The notes: generated by a model not told the origin, from the letters alone. Shown: positions 21,201 through 29,943, numbered from the stretch's first letter. The stretch: 64,000 nt of DNA from Candidatus Omnitrophota bacterium (GCA_043814965.1 JBDRJN010000015.1:1503-65502), one strand, 5' to 3'. Translations and numbers: made by a program.

Positions 21201-23220
21201 GTATACAACAAAGGATGATTTTAAAGAAGTATCTTTTGACGATACGATCCTGTCTTTTATAGAAGATAAAAATCTTATATTAGGAAGAAAAGGCGATGAA
21301 TTAGTAGTGGCTTATTCTACGCCTATTTCTAGATCAAGACGTGATTTCCTGAAAGGCTTAGGTGCTATGGCTATCGGGACAAGTCTATTGGGTTTTCTAG
21401 CATCATGCGAAGAACCTACTAAGCCAAAGGATCCTGTGATCCCGGATGAAGGAGAGCTTAATACTCATCCATATGAATTTATGAGAAAAGGGCTTTCTCT
21501 AAGTGAAGTATCTAAAAAAGCAGCGGATTGGATCCTGGGGCAAAAGTCCCCAGTTAGCTGGGTAATAAGCTATGGCTCTACGCCAGAACATGCGAGCGAT
21601 AATATAGCCTGGAGCTTTGACCAGGGAACGACAATGACTGTATTTTCACAAATGGATGGAGAATATTTAGCACTTGCAAAAATAATCGCTGATAAAATGG
21701 TTGCAGAGCAGGATACAAACGATGATACATGGTATGATGGATATATGGGTAACTATGTCCCAGAAAAGGGCAATAAGTTAGTAGGAAATATAGTTAGCGT
21801 AGGAAGAGGCCTTGTAGAAAAATATCTTGTAGAAACAAGTGAAACTAAATATATTGAAAGCGCTAAAAAAGCAGGAGATTCAATACTTTTAAGATACTGG
21901 AATACGCTAGGTAGCGATAAAGGGTTTTTTAGAGGCGGCCTTGAAAATGGCGTAGATGTTTCCTGGGCATCCACAGAGCATAATTCAAGAGCAGCTATAT
22001 TCTATTATAGATTGTGGGTAGCTACAGGAGATGATAAATACAAGGACGTGGCTTTAAAAATAGCTAATTGGCTAAAAAGTGAGATGTGGGCAGGAGATCA
22101 TTTCCATGTAGGATATGATCATGGTACTAATATAAATCTGTACTACAATCAAGATGCAGATGCACAAGTTACGCCAATTTTACTTTTCAACATGCTTAAG
22201 GAAGATGGAATAGTGGGGGATGAATTCGATCCAAATAAGTTCAATACACTTAAATATCTCGATGACAATTATAGGCATAAGATCACTTTTATTGGTACAG
22301 ATGGTTTGAAAAGGACAGTAGACCTATATGGAAAGGTTAAAGGCATCGTTCACGTATGGCCTGAAGTAAGTGATAATATTGCAGCTGTATGCCAGGCTTG
22401 GGGCAATACTATAAGAAAAGACGAGACATTAACTGACATAGCAAAGCTACAGTATGTTGATGGCGGCATACCTTATTTATTAGGTAAAGACGGAGTCCCG
22501 TATGGATGGACTGACCAGGGCCCTGGAAGTTTTCCTCATCCTTCAATAGCTTCAAGTATATCTTTTATAGCCGCAAAAGACCTTGGCCCATATTGGTTCC
22601 CTGTTATAAAAAGAAGTACAGATACTGATATTGGTACTAAGTTTGAGGATAGTGCGATCGAGGATATCGCAGTAGCAGGAACAGGTGTTGCGGCTACTTT
22701 AGTAACAGGACTTACAGGATCAGAAGTTAGTATTGAAGACATCTTAAACATAGAAGATAAAGTAGAGATCAAATTGGACGGAGAAACAGTAGAAGATATT
22801 GAATATTTAAAGCTTATGAATAAAGCAAGCTGGTTGGGTAGCACTGGTACCAAGAGCAGTGACGGAGTATATCATATCAACCTGCTTAAAGACAAGATAG
22901 ACCCTGTTGTCTTTAGCGGGGAGTATGTAGAAGATGAGCCGTATGAGTTTTTGCAACGTTCTAGAGAAGAACTCAACAAAAATAAAACCCCTGTTATTTT
23001 AGTGACAAGCGATGTACAGGAAAAAAGGCTTAAAAATGATATAAGGTTTAGAGCAATGCTTGACCATGAGGAATTATTTATAGTAAGGGCAGAGCCTGAA
23101 AGGGTGGAGTCTCTTATCGCTCTAGGCACAGACGGCATATCTTTTGATGTTAGCCAGATCAGTGTTACTAAACTGATAGAGAATAAAGACATAATCATGT
23201 CTTATCTGCACCAGAAGTAA
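18250..23220 (+). CDS. Giant exported protein (1656 aa): Sec signal peptide; degenerate alpha-D-phosphohexomutase (PGM/PMM)-like domain; internal Tat-motif/lipobox segment; C-terminal (alpha/alpha)6-like domain
   Basis: N-term MKNLKSIKKTVSIVLVITFFLTSSAYS; PGM/PMM-like motifs IARDARK (cf GRDGR), ITASHVSMP (cf TASHNP), FDLDGDRG (cf FDGDGDR), GELSGH (cf GEESGH), RASSNDP (cf RASNTTP); internal SRSRRDFLKGLGAMAIGTSLLGFLASC. Confidence 0.6.
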   Translation: MKNLKSIKKTVSIVLVITFFLTSSAYSYEARPTIHLRSNISFGPDNKTEFSQRFDGTIIMQHYGLSKILPKVQAMQYINEAQKNNIVNVLLGDKKTLVPIARINAIDLIDDGDLVVGLNYNNEPVIAISDSLLTPEKLGETEIAPTGFTLEGTELLFSTTLKFTVNEINDAIKKYNDGGVYDSFTKTIQKTELVKLIEDMVSNKEEYTPEALKDKLVEGNNKTESLAAIAAIYLRGGMFSMGTPNILESNLGLGLGLGLSKQKNSSDFNKFGQWYKWVSSEVAMDDLNMDMFRDYDYRSVGPVLKPEMVFRLGLMWGQMALQKAKEAGIENRKVLIARDARKIEPELVEALAASLRYAGLDVVYTAEDGPNAVTSYSWAAQEIKPLMSIFITASHVSMPKDQIVRGFKVAMLNEEGGNLVSLTSKEIKNQSKDAVKDLIENPEKIKDLESQKKGSFIAANVDENCIRMCSLVGEVASSGGSLYDLARELESSDSPEDVITKWENKVGHTEPLKGMKVVVEGSHTPSGNLAANTFKQLGADVVLINGDILEVEGEHNADPSKDKNLTQLKQTIDTEGADFGIAFDLDGDRGAIVVPKRSEDDSGISFETLAPDRLIVSLLPYYMEKLGYDPTVTGKKVGVIRDVLGTFGVDDQAEALGIEAFQTDAGYVFLKAKRADLLQQGYGIPIYGELSGHTWQDVTGEFENPVAVAAVFSVMVKDKKYKEDNTTTSLNPFYEAFTESTIPYKQASRSQPLFAGEFLSELSSMPANNTGWAYNPDNPTKPPQLIIALGKDEGIKRLQKEFTVGKSYNTPAGELIVKEFNTYQDAVDEGGLYRFADIVFEQDGNVAGRFIFRASSNDPTFVCSFETPVWVNENTDSKTVNDRYISIGGIVFDWLEQNKIARVTGDVDYANKESTEKVVLVYRGAKNTETAADVAVISSSEDANIPEEETTLMQNFGLDAILRPETARDLLTPLLSKDNPTIKMYTTKDDFKEVSFDDTILSFIEDKNLILGRKGDELVVAYSTPISRSRRDFLKGLGAMAIGTSLLGFLASCEEPTKPKDPVIPDEGELNTHPYEFMRKGLSLSEVSKKAADWILGQKSPVSWVISYGSTPEHASDNIAWSFDQGTTMTVFSQMDGEYLALAKIIADKMVAEQDTNDDTWYDGYMGNYVPEKGNKLVGNIVSVGRGLVEKYLVETSETKYIESAKKAGDSILLRYWNTLGSDKGFFRGGLENGVDVSWASTEHNSRAAIFYYRLWVATGDDKYKDVALKIANWLKSEMWAGDHFHVGYDHGTNINLYYNQDADAQVTPILLFNMLKEDGIVGDEFDPNKFNTLKYLDDNYRHKITFIGTDGLKRTVDLYGKVKGIVHVWPEVSDNIAAVCQAWGNTIRKDETLTDIAKLQYVDGGIPYLLGKDGVPYGWTDQGPGSFPHPSIASSISFIAAKDLGPYWFPVIKRSTDTDIGTKFEDSAIEDIAVAGTGVAATLVTGLTGSEVSIEDILNIEDKVEIKLDGETVEDIEYLKLMNKASWLGSTGTKSSDGVYHINLLKDKIDPVVFSGEYVEDEPYEFLQRSREELNKNKTPVILVTSDVQEKRLKNDIRFRAMLDHEELFIVRAEPERVESLIALGTDGISFDVSQISVTKLIENKDIIMSYLHQK

Positions 23221-23242
23221 TAACAATAAGAATGTTTTAATA

Positions 23243-23283
23243 AAAGGCTAAGCTTATAAAAAGGCTTAGCCTTTTTATTTTCT
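23243..23283 (+). terminator. Rho-independent terminator after the 1656-aa gene
   Basis: aaaggctaagc...gcttagccttt stem followed by ttatttt. Confidence 0.65.
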
Positions 23284-23287
23284 AAAA

Positions 23288-23317
23288 CAGTAGGACACAT
23301 CTAAATATGCCCTACTG
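23288..23317. repeat. REP-like hairpin caGTAGGacacatctaaatatgcCCTACtg (left flank of RAYT gene)
   Basis: 7-bp inverted arms with GTAG at the 5' end; 22-nt core repeated at 23946-23967. Confidence 0.55.
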
Positions 23318-23414
23318 TAATTCTATGTAAATAAATTAGTTATGTAAATTGGTTATATTTTTTTCTAACTCGTTGAAAGAAAATGCATATTTTAATTGTC
23401 TTATATAGTAGGGG

Positions 23415-23903
23415 GTGATAGTTATGGGAGATATAAGACGATACAAAGAAGATGGATATATTTATTTTATAACAACTAATACATACTCTAATAAAGGAAT
23501 ATTTTTAAAAGAAAAGCCGAGTTTATTCCTAAAATCTATTATTTCTTATTATAGGTTTGTATTTAGATTCAAACTGTATACATATTGTATTATGCCAGAT
23601 CACATACATATGCTTATACAGCCTCTTACTAAACAATACGACATATCAACTATAATGAAAGAGATCAAGGGTACGTTTGCAAGAGAATATAATATTATGA
23701 TACGTAAGAGAGGAGATATTTGGCAGAGGAAGTTCTACGATTCTATAATAAGAGATGAAGAGAGCTTGCTTATTAGAATTAATTATACTTTTGAAAATCC
23801 AGTAAGGAAAGGAATAGTCAATAAAGCCACGGAATATAAATTTTCGAGTGCTAGGTCATATATTTTAGGAGAGGAAGATTATGTTACTGATAGATATAAT
23901 TAA
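23415..23903 (+). mobile_element. REP-associated tyrosine transposase (RAYT; IS200/IS605-like Y1 HUH transposase)
   Basis: 162 aa; HUH motif PDHIHMLI; catalytic-Tyr region INYTFENPVRKGIV (RAYT signature Y-x-x-x-N-P-V-R-x-G-[LI]-V); flanked by REP-derived repeats; codon usage more AT-rich than neighbours. Confidence 0.75.
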
Positions 23904-23945
23904 CCAATTGACCGAACATTATATATTTGTTATAGTTATATACGA

Positions 23946-23967
23946 ACACATCTAGATATGACCTACT
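23946..23967. repeat. Partial REP copy acacatctagatatgacctact (right flank of RAYT; 20/22 identical to 23296-23317)
   Basis: Direct comparison of the two flanks. Confidence 0.55.
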
Positions 23968-23978
23968 TAGGAGGGGAG

Positions 23979-26048
23979 ATGAAAGATTTGTCTGTATCAG
24001 CGCAATTTATTAAAGGCGTAGGGCCTTTAAGGATAAAGCTTTTAAGGCGCCTTGGCATAGAGACCGTAGAGAACCTATTGTATTTTCTTCCCCGTAGATA
24101 CGAAGATAGAAGCAATATTAAAAGCATAAAAGATCTTACGCCTGGTAGTTTTGAGACAATGAAAGTAAAGGTCCTTACTTTTGGCGACAGGACTTCAAAA
24201 AAAGGCATGAATATATTTAAACTCGCGCTGGGGGATGCTACAGGAGTTATCCACGCTGTGTGGTTCAATCAGCCTTTCATGAAAGATAAGTTCAAGGCAG
24301 GTGATGAGCTTATTATATACGGAAAGGTCGAGAAGAATATCTACTTACAGGTAAATAATCCTGAATACGAAGTCATTTCCGGCACAAAAGACGATTCTAT
24401 ACACATAGGCCGCATTGTCCCTATATATCCCTTGACTGAAAACTTGAACCAGCACTGGATAAGGAGCATATTGCATAATGCAGTCACTAACCATGTGAAT
24501 GACATAAAAGAGATGCTTCCATATGAGATAAGACAGAAAAACAATTTGATATTGCTTAAAGAGGCAGTAAGGAATATCCATTTTCCAGTAAGCGAGGTTG
24601 TGTTGGAAAAAGCAAAATATAGGCTTATCTTTGATGAGTTCTTGTTGCTGCAGTTAGGCATAACCCTAAAAAAGGCAAGGGTCAAGCTGGACCTCGATGG
24701 CATCTCCCATAATAAAGAAGGAGATATGCTGGATAGGTTTAGAAAATCTTTGCCATTTATATATACAAACTCTCAGGAAAGGGTTTCAGGAGAGATAAGA
24801 GATGACATGAAAAGCCCCAAGCCTATGAACAGGCTTCTCCAGGGCGATGTCGGCAGCGGAAAGACAATAGTTGCTATAGAGTCATTGGTCCGAACTGTCC
24901 AAAATGGTTTTCAGGGCGCTATTATGGTACCCACTGAAATACTTGCTTATCAGCATTATAAGAACATCAAGAGCCTTTTAAAGGATTTTGATATAGATGT
25001 AGTTTTATTGTCAGGAGACTTGAAACAAAGTGAAGCAAGAAGGCGTAAGCACATGATAGAGGTGGGAGAGGCAGATATAGTGGTCGGGACCCACTCACTC
25101 ATACAGGAAGGAGTCAGGTTTAAAAAACTTTCTCTTATAGTGATAGATGAACAGCATAAGTTTGGCGTGATGCAAAGAGCATTTCTAAAATCAAAATCAA
25201 ATAATCCAGACATATTGGTAATGACAGCCACTCCTATACCGAGAAGCCTTGCATTGACCATATATGGAGACCTTGATATATCAGTTATAGACGAGCTTCC
25301 GCCTGGAAGGCGCGAGATAAAGACATTGTATTTTGAGGGAAAAAATAGGACCAAGTCTTACGATATCGCAGAAGAACAAGTGAAGATAGGCAGGCAAGTG
25401 TATATAGTGTACCCTGTAATAGAAGAAAAATCCTCGAGCGATCTCAGGGCTGCAAAAAAGATGTACAAGGAATTATCAGATAATTTTAAGGATCTTAAGG
25501 TAGGGCTTATACACGGAAAGATGAAATCATCCGAAAAAGAATCTATAATGAAAGATTTCAAGGAAAAAAATATTGATATATTGGTCTCGACAGTTGTGGT
25601 AGAAGTAGGCCTCGATATCCCTAATGCAACAGTGATGATAATAGAACATGCTGAGAGGTTTGGCCTGAGTCAACTTCATCAGCTGCGCGGAAGGATAGGA
25701 AGGGATAAATATATATCTTACTGCATATTAATAGGAAACCCCAAGACAGATGAGGCAAGAAAAAGATTGGAGGCAATGCTTAGTACGCAGGATGGTTTTA
25801 AGATAGCTGAATATGACCTTGATATCAGGGGGCCTGGGGAATTTTTTGGTACTAGACAACATGGCCTTCCAGAGATTAAAATAGGGAATATAATAAGGGA
25901 TAGGCTGATATTGGAAGACGCGAGAAAAGAGGCTATTGGTTTGATACAAAAGGACAGGTTTTTACGAATGGGCCAAAACAGGCTTTTAAAAGAGTCCTTA
26001 GAAAAAAAGTTTGGCGTGGACAATCTGGAATTAGTCAACGTAGGATAA
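23979..26048 (+). CDS. recG: ATP-dependent DNA helicase RecG (start placed at second ATG with GGAGGGG SD; track ORF begins 23958 inside the REP copy)
   Basis: Wedge/OB domain, helicase motifs GDVGSGKT, DEQH, C-terminal RecG region; N-term MKDLSVSAQFIKGVGPLRIKLL typical. Confidence 0.88.
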   Translation: MKDLSVSAQFIKGVGPLRIKLLRRLGIETVENLLYFLPRRYEDRSNIKSIKDLTPGSFETMKVKVLTFGDRTSKKGMNIFKLALGDATGVIHAVWFNQPFMKDKFKAGDELIIYGKVEKNIYLQVNNPEYEVISGTKDDSIHIGRIVPIYPLTENLNQHWIRSILHNAVTNHVNDIKEMLPYEIRQKNNLILLKEAVRNIHFPVSEVVLEKAKYRLIFDEFLLLQLGITLKKARVKLDLDGISHNKEGDMLDRFRKSLPFIYTNSQERVSGEIRDDMKSPKPMNRLLQGDVGSGKTIVAIESLVRTVQNGFQGAIMVPTEILAYQHYKNIKSLLKDFDIDVVLLSGDLKQSEARRRKHMIEVGEADIVVGTHSLIQEGVRFKKLSLIVIDEQHKFGVMQRAFLKSKSNNPDILVMTATPIPRSLALTIYGDLDISVIDELPPGRREIKTLYFEGKNRTKSYDIAEEQVKIGRQVYIVYPVIEEKSSSDLRAAKKMYKELSDNFKDLKVGLIHGKMKSSEKESIMKDFKEKNIDILVSTVVVEVGLDIPNATVMIIEHAERFGLSQLHQLRGRIGRDKYISYCILIGNPKTDEARKRLEAMLSTQDGFKIAEYDLDIRGPGEFFGTRQHGLPEIKIGNIIRDRLILEDARKEAIGLIQKDRFLRMGQNRLLKESLEKKFGVDNLELVNVG

Positions 26049-26052
26049 TAAT

Positions 26053-26601
26053 ATGAAGATCATCAGCGGAAATCTTAAAGGTAGAACCATAGACATGCCT
26101 AAAGGCATAAGGCCCACATCTGACAAAGTAAGAGAGGCGCTTTTTGAGATATTAAAGCAGCGCATAGAAGGAGCTTCTTTTTTAGACCTCTACTGCGGAA
26201 GCGGGGCTATTGGCATAGAGGCATTATCGAGAGGCGCCAAAGCAGTGAGTTTTGTCGATACTAATATCAGTTCTATAAAGATACTTAGGAAAAACTTGGC
26301 TAGGGTAGGCATATCGGGTCTATCTAGCATTTATATATATAAAAATAATAGTATAAAGGCTATAAGAGAATTCTATAAGGATAAAAAGAAATTTGATATA
26401 GTCTTTCTTGATCCGCCATATTATCATGAGATCGCTAAAAATACCTTGATAGAGCTTTCTAACTATGATATACTGACCCGCAATGCCGTAATAGTGGCAG
26501 AGGTATTCAAGAAAGAAGACCTGCCGGATGAGATTAGAAGTATCACTAAATTCAAGACATCGTTATACGGCGATACTAAATTGGAGTTTTTTAAACCATG
26601 A
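26053..26601 (+). CDS. rsmD: 16S rRNA (guanine966-N2)-methyltransferase RsmD
   Basis: 182 aa; DLYCGSGAIGIEALSRGA, DPPY motif. Confidence 0.85.
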   Translation: MKIISGNLKGRTIDMPKGIRPTSDKVREALFEILKQRIEGASFLDLYCGSGAIGIEALSRGAKAVSFVDTNISSIKILRKNLARVGISGLSSIYIYKNNSIKAIREFYKDKKKFDIVFLDPPYYHEIAKNTLIELSNYDILTRNAVIVAEVFKKEDLPDEIRSITKFKTSLYGDTKLEFFKP

Positions 26602-27080
26602 AAAACATAGCTATATATCCAGGCAGTTTTGACCCAGTGACTTATGGCCATATAGATATTGTCAAGAGGGCCCTCAAGATATTTGACAAGGTCATAGTGG
26701 CAGTCGCGCATAATACAGAAAAAAAGCCGCTTTTTAGTGTCAAAGAAAGGGTCCAGATGCTTAAAGAGACCCTCTCAGGCGTCAAGAATATCGAGATAGA
26801 TGATTTTGACGTACTGGTAGTGGACTATATCAAGAAGAAAAAAGCGCGTGTTGTGATAAGGGGCTTGAGGATGATATCTGATTTTGAGTATGAGTTTCAG
26901 ATGGCATTGACCAATAGAAAATTAAGGAATGATGTCGAGACGATATTTATGATGCCGTCAGAGGCATATTCATATCTATCAAGCAAGCTCATAAAAGAAG
27001 TCGCATCTCTAGGCGCAGGCCTAAAGGGCTTTGTGCCAAAGTCCGTAGAGAAGAAGCTCAAGGCTAAGCTTAGAAAATAG
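26598..27080 (+). CDS. coaD: Phosphopantetheine adenylyltransferase CoaD
   Basis: 160 aa; YPGSFDPVTYGHIDI (T/HxGH) motif. Confidence 0.9.
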   Translation: MKNIAIYPGSFDPVTYGHIDIVKRALKIFDKVIVAVAHNTEKKPLFSVKERVQMLKETLSGVKNIEIDDFDVLVVDYIKKKKARVVIRGLRMISDFEYEFQMALTNRKLRNDVETIFMMPSEAYSYLSSKLIKEVASLGAGLKGFVPKSVEKKLKAKLRK

Positions 27081-27093
27081 AGGGACTAAAAAA

Positions 27094-28119
27094 ATGGAAT
27101 TCCTGGACAATCTGTACAAAAAGGCAAAGGAAGGGAAAAAGAAGATAATATTTCCCGAGGGAGAGGAAATACGCGTATTGGAGGCCATAGAAGAGATCGT
27201 AGAAAAAGATATTGCTAGGCCTGTATTGATAGGCAATCCAAAAAAGATATTAAGCCTGTCAAAAAACCTTTCCATGGACCTGGCTTCCATAGATATCATA
27301 GACATAGCCAATCTTAAAGACCTTGATAAATACATAGAACTATATTGTGAAATACGCAAGCATAAATCAATAAAAAAAGAAGAAGCCAGAAAGATCATTA
27401 CGCAGAATCCTGTTTTTTATGCAGCGCTTGCTGTAAGAAGGGGTGACGTAGATGGATTTGTAGCAGGCTCATCTACTACTACTAGAGACGTAGCAAAGGC
27501 AGCTATATACTGTATAGGCCCCTCAGAAGATACGCCTACTATCTCGAGCTCTACTATATTGATATTGCCTGATAAGACATTGGGTTCTAATGGAGTATTT
27601 ATATATGCAGATGCAGGCATAATACCAGATCCTACAAGTGAACAATTAATGGATATCGCAATAGCTAGCGTAAAGATGGCAAGGCTTGTTTTGGATGACG
27701 AGCCAAAAGTAGCAATGCTCAGTTATTCTACCAAAGGGAGCGGCGGGTCAGGAGATAGTATAAAAAAGGTCCAGGAAGCGACAAGACTTATCATCGAAAA
27801 ATGCCCAGATCTACTCATAGATGGCGAGATACAGATAGATTGCGCAGTTGTCCCTGAAGTAGCCAAGAGAAAAGATCCCTCTAGCAAGATCAAGGGCCGT
27901 GCAAATATCTTTATATTTCCTAATCTCGATGCAGGGAATATATCGTACAAACTGACAGAACGTCTCGGCAAGGCTTATGCTATAGGGCCTATACTCCAAG
28001 GCCTCAATAAACCAGCCAGTGATCTATCGAGAGGTTGTAATTCAAAAGATATTGTAAATGCATGCACAGTCGTAGCGCTTATGGCACAAGATGCCACACA
28101 CCTAGCTAATAGACCATGA
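27094..28119 (+). CDS. Phosphate acetyl/butyryl-transferase (Pta/Ptb family)
   Basis: 341 aa; Pta-PTB fold motifs (GNISYKL, SRG); adjacent to kinase. Confidence 0.8.
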   Translation: MEFLDNLYKKAKEGKKKIIFPEGEEIRVLEAIEEIVEKDIARPVLIGNPKKILSLSKNLSMDLASIDIIDIANLKDLDKYIELYCEIRKHKSIKKEEARKIITQNPVFYAALAVRRGDVDGFVAGSSTTTRDVAKAAIYCIGPSEDTPTISSSTILILPDKTLGSNGVFIYADAGIIPDPTSEQLMDIAIASVKMARLVLDDEPKVAMLSYSTKGSGGSGDSIKKVQEATRLIIEKCPDLLIDGEIQIDCAVVPEVAKRKDPSSKIKGRANIFIFPNLDAGNISYKLTERLGKAYAIGPILQGLNKPASDLSRGCNSKDIVNACTVVALMAQDATHLANRP

Positions 28120-29171
28120 TAATACTTGTATTAAACAGTGGAAGCTCGTCAATAAAATATAAGCTCTTTGATATATCGGAAGATTCAGAGACTTTCCTCG
28201 ACAAGGGGATAGTCGAGAGGATAGGTGAAAAAGTCCCCAGCCATAAAGACGCGCTTTCCATGATCCTCAGCAAGATGGATAAGCCAATAGAGGCAGTAGG
28301 GCATAGAGTGGTCCACGGAGGAGATATTTTTAGAGAATCTACTATTATAGATAACGAAGTCATAAGGGCCATAGAATCTTTTAATGAACTAGCTCCGCTT
28401 CACAATCCTCCAAGTATCTTTACTATAAATGAATCAAGAAAAGTGCTTAAGAACGTAAAACATGTAGCAGTGTTTGATACCTCATTTTATCAGACTATGC
28501 CGGAACATGTGTATCTATATGCAATACCTTATGAGTATTATAAGAAATACAAGATCCGTAAATATGGTTTTCATGGGACCAGCCATAGATATGTAGCAAT
28601 AAAAGCCAGTTCTATGTTAAATACTTCTCTAGACAAACTAAAACTTGTCACATGCCATCTTGGTAATGGCTGCAGCATCACTGCGATAAAATACGGCAAG
28701 GCTATAGATACTAGCATGGGTTTTACTCCACTGGGAGGGCTTATTATGGGCACTCGCTCAGGCGACCTGGACCCTACCATAGTATCTTTCATAATGGAGA
28801 AAGAACATCTTGATATAAAAGAGGCTATAGATATATTGAATAAAAAAAGCGGTATCTTAGGTATATCAGAGATAAGTAATGACATGAGAGAGATAATAAA
28901 AAAGAAAGATACTGACAAGAGGGCAAAGCTTACCATGGATATGTTTTTTTATAGGATAAGAAAATATATAGGCGCATACATAGGGATAATGGGAGGAGTG
29001 GATGGAGTCGTATTTACTGGAGGCATAGGAGAGAACCAACCAGACCTTATGAAAGATGAGTTTGGCGACATGGTGGATGATAAAAATAAGATACTTGTCA
29101 TACCTACAGACGAAGAACTGATGATAGCAAAAGATACATATAAAATAGTCAAGGATCAACACCAAAATTAG
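28116..29171 (+). CDS. Acetate/butyrate kinase family protein; length (351 aa) closer to butyrate kinase than canonical ~400-aa AckA
   Basis: N-term MIILVLNSGSSSIKYKLF; ASKHG-family motifs; coupled to pta-like gene. Confidence 0.8.
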   Translation: MIILVLNSGSSSIKYKLFDISEDSETFLDKGIVERIGEKVPSHKDALSMILSKMDKPIEAVGHRVVHGGDIFRESTIIDNEVIRAIESFNELAPLHNPPSIFTINESRKVLKNVKHVAVFDTSFYQTMPEHVYLYAIPYEYYKKYKIRKYGFHGTSHRYVAIKASSMLNTSLDKLKLVTCHLGNGCSITAIKYGKAIDTSMGFTPLGGLIMGTRSGDLDPTIVSFIMEKEHLDIKEAIDILNKKSGILGISEISNDMREIIKKKDTDKRAKLTMDMFFYRIRKYIGAYIGIMGGVDGVVFTGGIGENQPDLMKDEFGDMVDDKNKILVIPTDEELMIAKDTYKIVKDQHQN

Positions 29172-29196
29172 TAGGGGACACTTAAGTGTCCCCTAC
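29171..29196. repeat. REP hairpin GTAGGGGACACTTAAGTGTCCCCTAC
   Basis: Perfect 11-bp stem, TTAA loop; overlaps ack stop and the track's GTG start of yceD. Confidence 0.7.
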
Positions 29197-29236
29197 TAAA
29201 GTCCGTTGCGGCAAATTTTGTAAGGCATACTTTAGT

Positions 29237-29659
29237 ATGCCAAAAACTATGAAGATAAAAATAGACGATATACCAAAGGAAGGGCTAGAGCTGGAAGGAG
29301 AGGTAGAACCAAACAATATCTCTATAGAGCTGGATGACCAAGGTGTTGTGTTCAATGACCGCATAAAGGTTTTATTAAGAGCTACTAAGTTGCAGGAAGA
29401 TATATTATTGGATATAAAACTGGAAGCTCCATGCGAACTGACGTGCGCGAGATGCCTTGCCAGGATCCAGAATATCTTTAAGAAAGAATTTAGCATAAGC
29501 CATGAAGTTGCTTCTGGAGATATCTTGGATATAGACGAAGATGTAAGACAGGAATTGGTCCTGGATTATCCTGTGAAGACATTATGTAAGAATGATTGCA
29601 AGGGGTTGTGCCCTAATTGCGGGCAAAACCTTAATGTAGGAGAATGTAGCTGTAGTTAA
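29237..29659 (+). CDS. yceD: YceD/DUF177 family protein (start placed at first ATG downstream of REP; track ORF starts GTG 29186 inside the REP)
   Basis: CxxC...CxxC pairs (CARC, CPNC); conserved position upstream of rpmF-plsX. Confidence 0.7.
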   Translation: MPKTMKIKIDDIPKEGLELEGEVEPNNISIELDDQGVVFNDRIKVLLRATKLQEDILLDIKLEAPCELTCARCLARIQNIFKKEFSISHEVASGDILDIDEDVRQELVLDYPVKTLCKNDCKGLCPNCGQNLNVGECSCS

Positions 29660-29692
29660 ATTAGCCCCTCACAGCCTCACATTAAACAAAGG

Positions 29693-29731
29693 CCGTTCGG
29701 GACTCAATTTTGCTACTCAAAATTTCGGAGG
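29693..29731 (+). promoter_or_regulatory. Family-D SD-adjacent hairpin module upstream of rpmF (ttcgggactcaattttg-ctact-caaaatttcGGAGG)
   Basis: Same architecture as 18195-18243 and 34258-34295. Confidence 0.45.
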
Positions 29732-29739
29732 AAACAAAG

Positions 29740-29940
29740 ATGCCATTACCAAAACGTAGACATTCAAGTTCGAGGCAGGGAAAGAGGCGCGGTGAACAAA
29801 AGATACACGTAGCAAGTATTTCGGTCTGCCCTAACTGTAAAGCGCCTAAATTACCTCATAGGGTGTGCAAGGCCTGTGGTTTTTATAACGGCAGGCAAGT
29901 CATTCAGATAAAGAAGAAAGAGAAAAAAGAGACAAAATAA
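29740..29940 (+). CDS. rpmF: 50S ribosomal protein L32 (start at ATG after GGAGG; track uses upstream TTG 29710)
   Basis: MPLPKRRHSSSRQGKRR..., C-terminal CPNCxxxxxxHRVCxxCG zinc ribbon. Confidence 0.85.
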   Translation: MPLPKRRHSSSRQGKRRGEQKIHVASISVCPNCKAPKLPHRVCKACGFYNGRQVIQIKKKEKKETK

Positions 29941-29943
29941 CAT

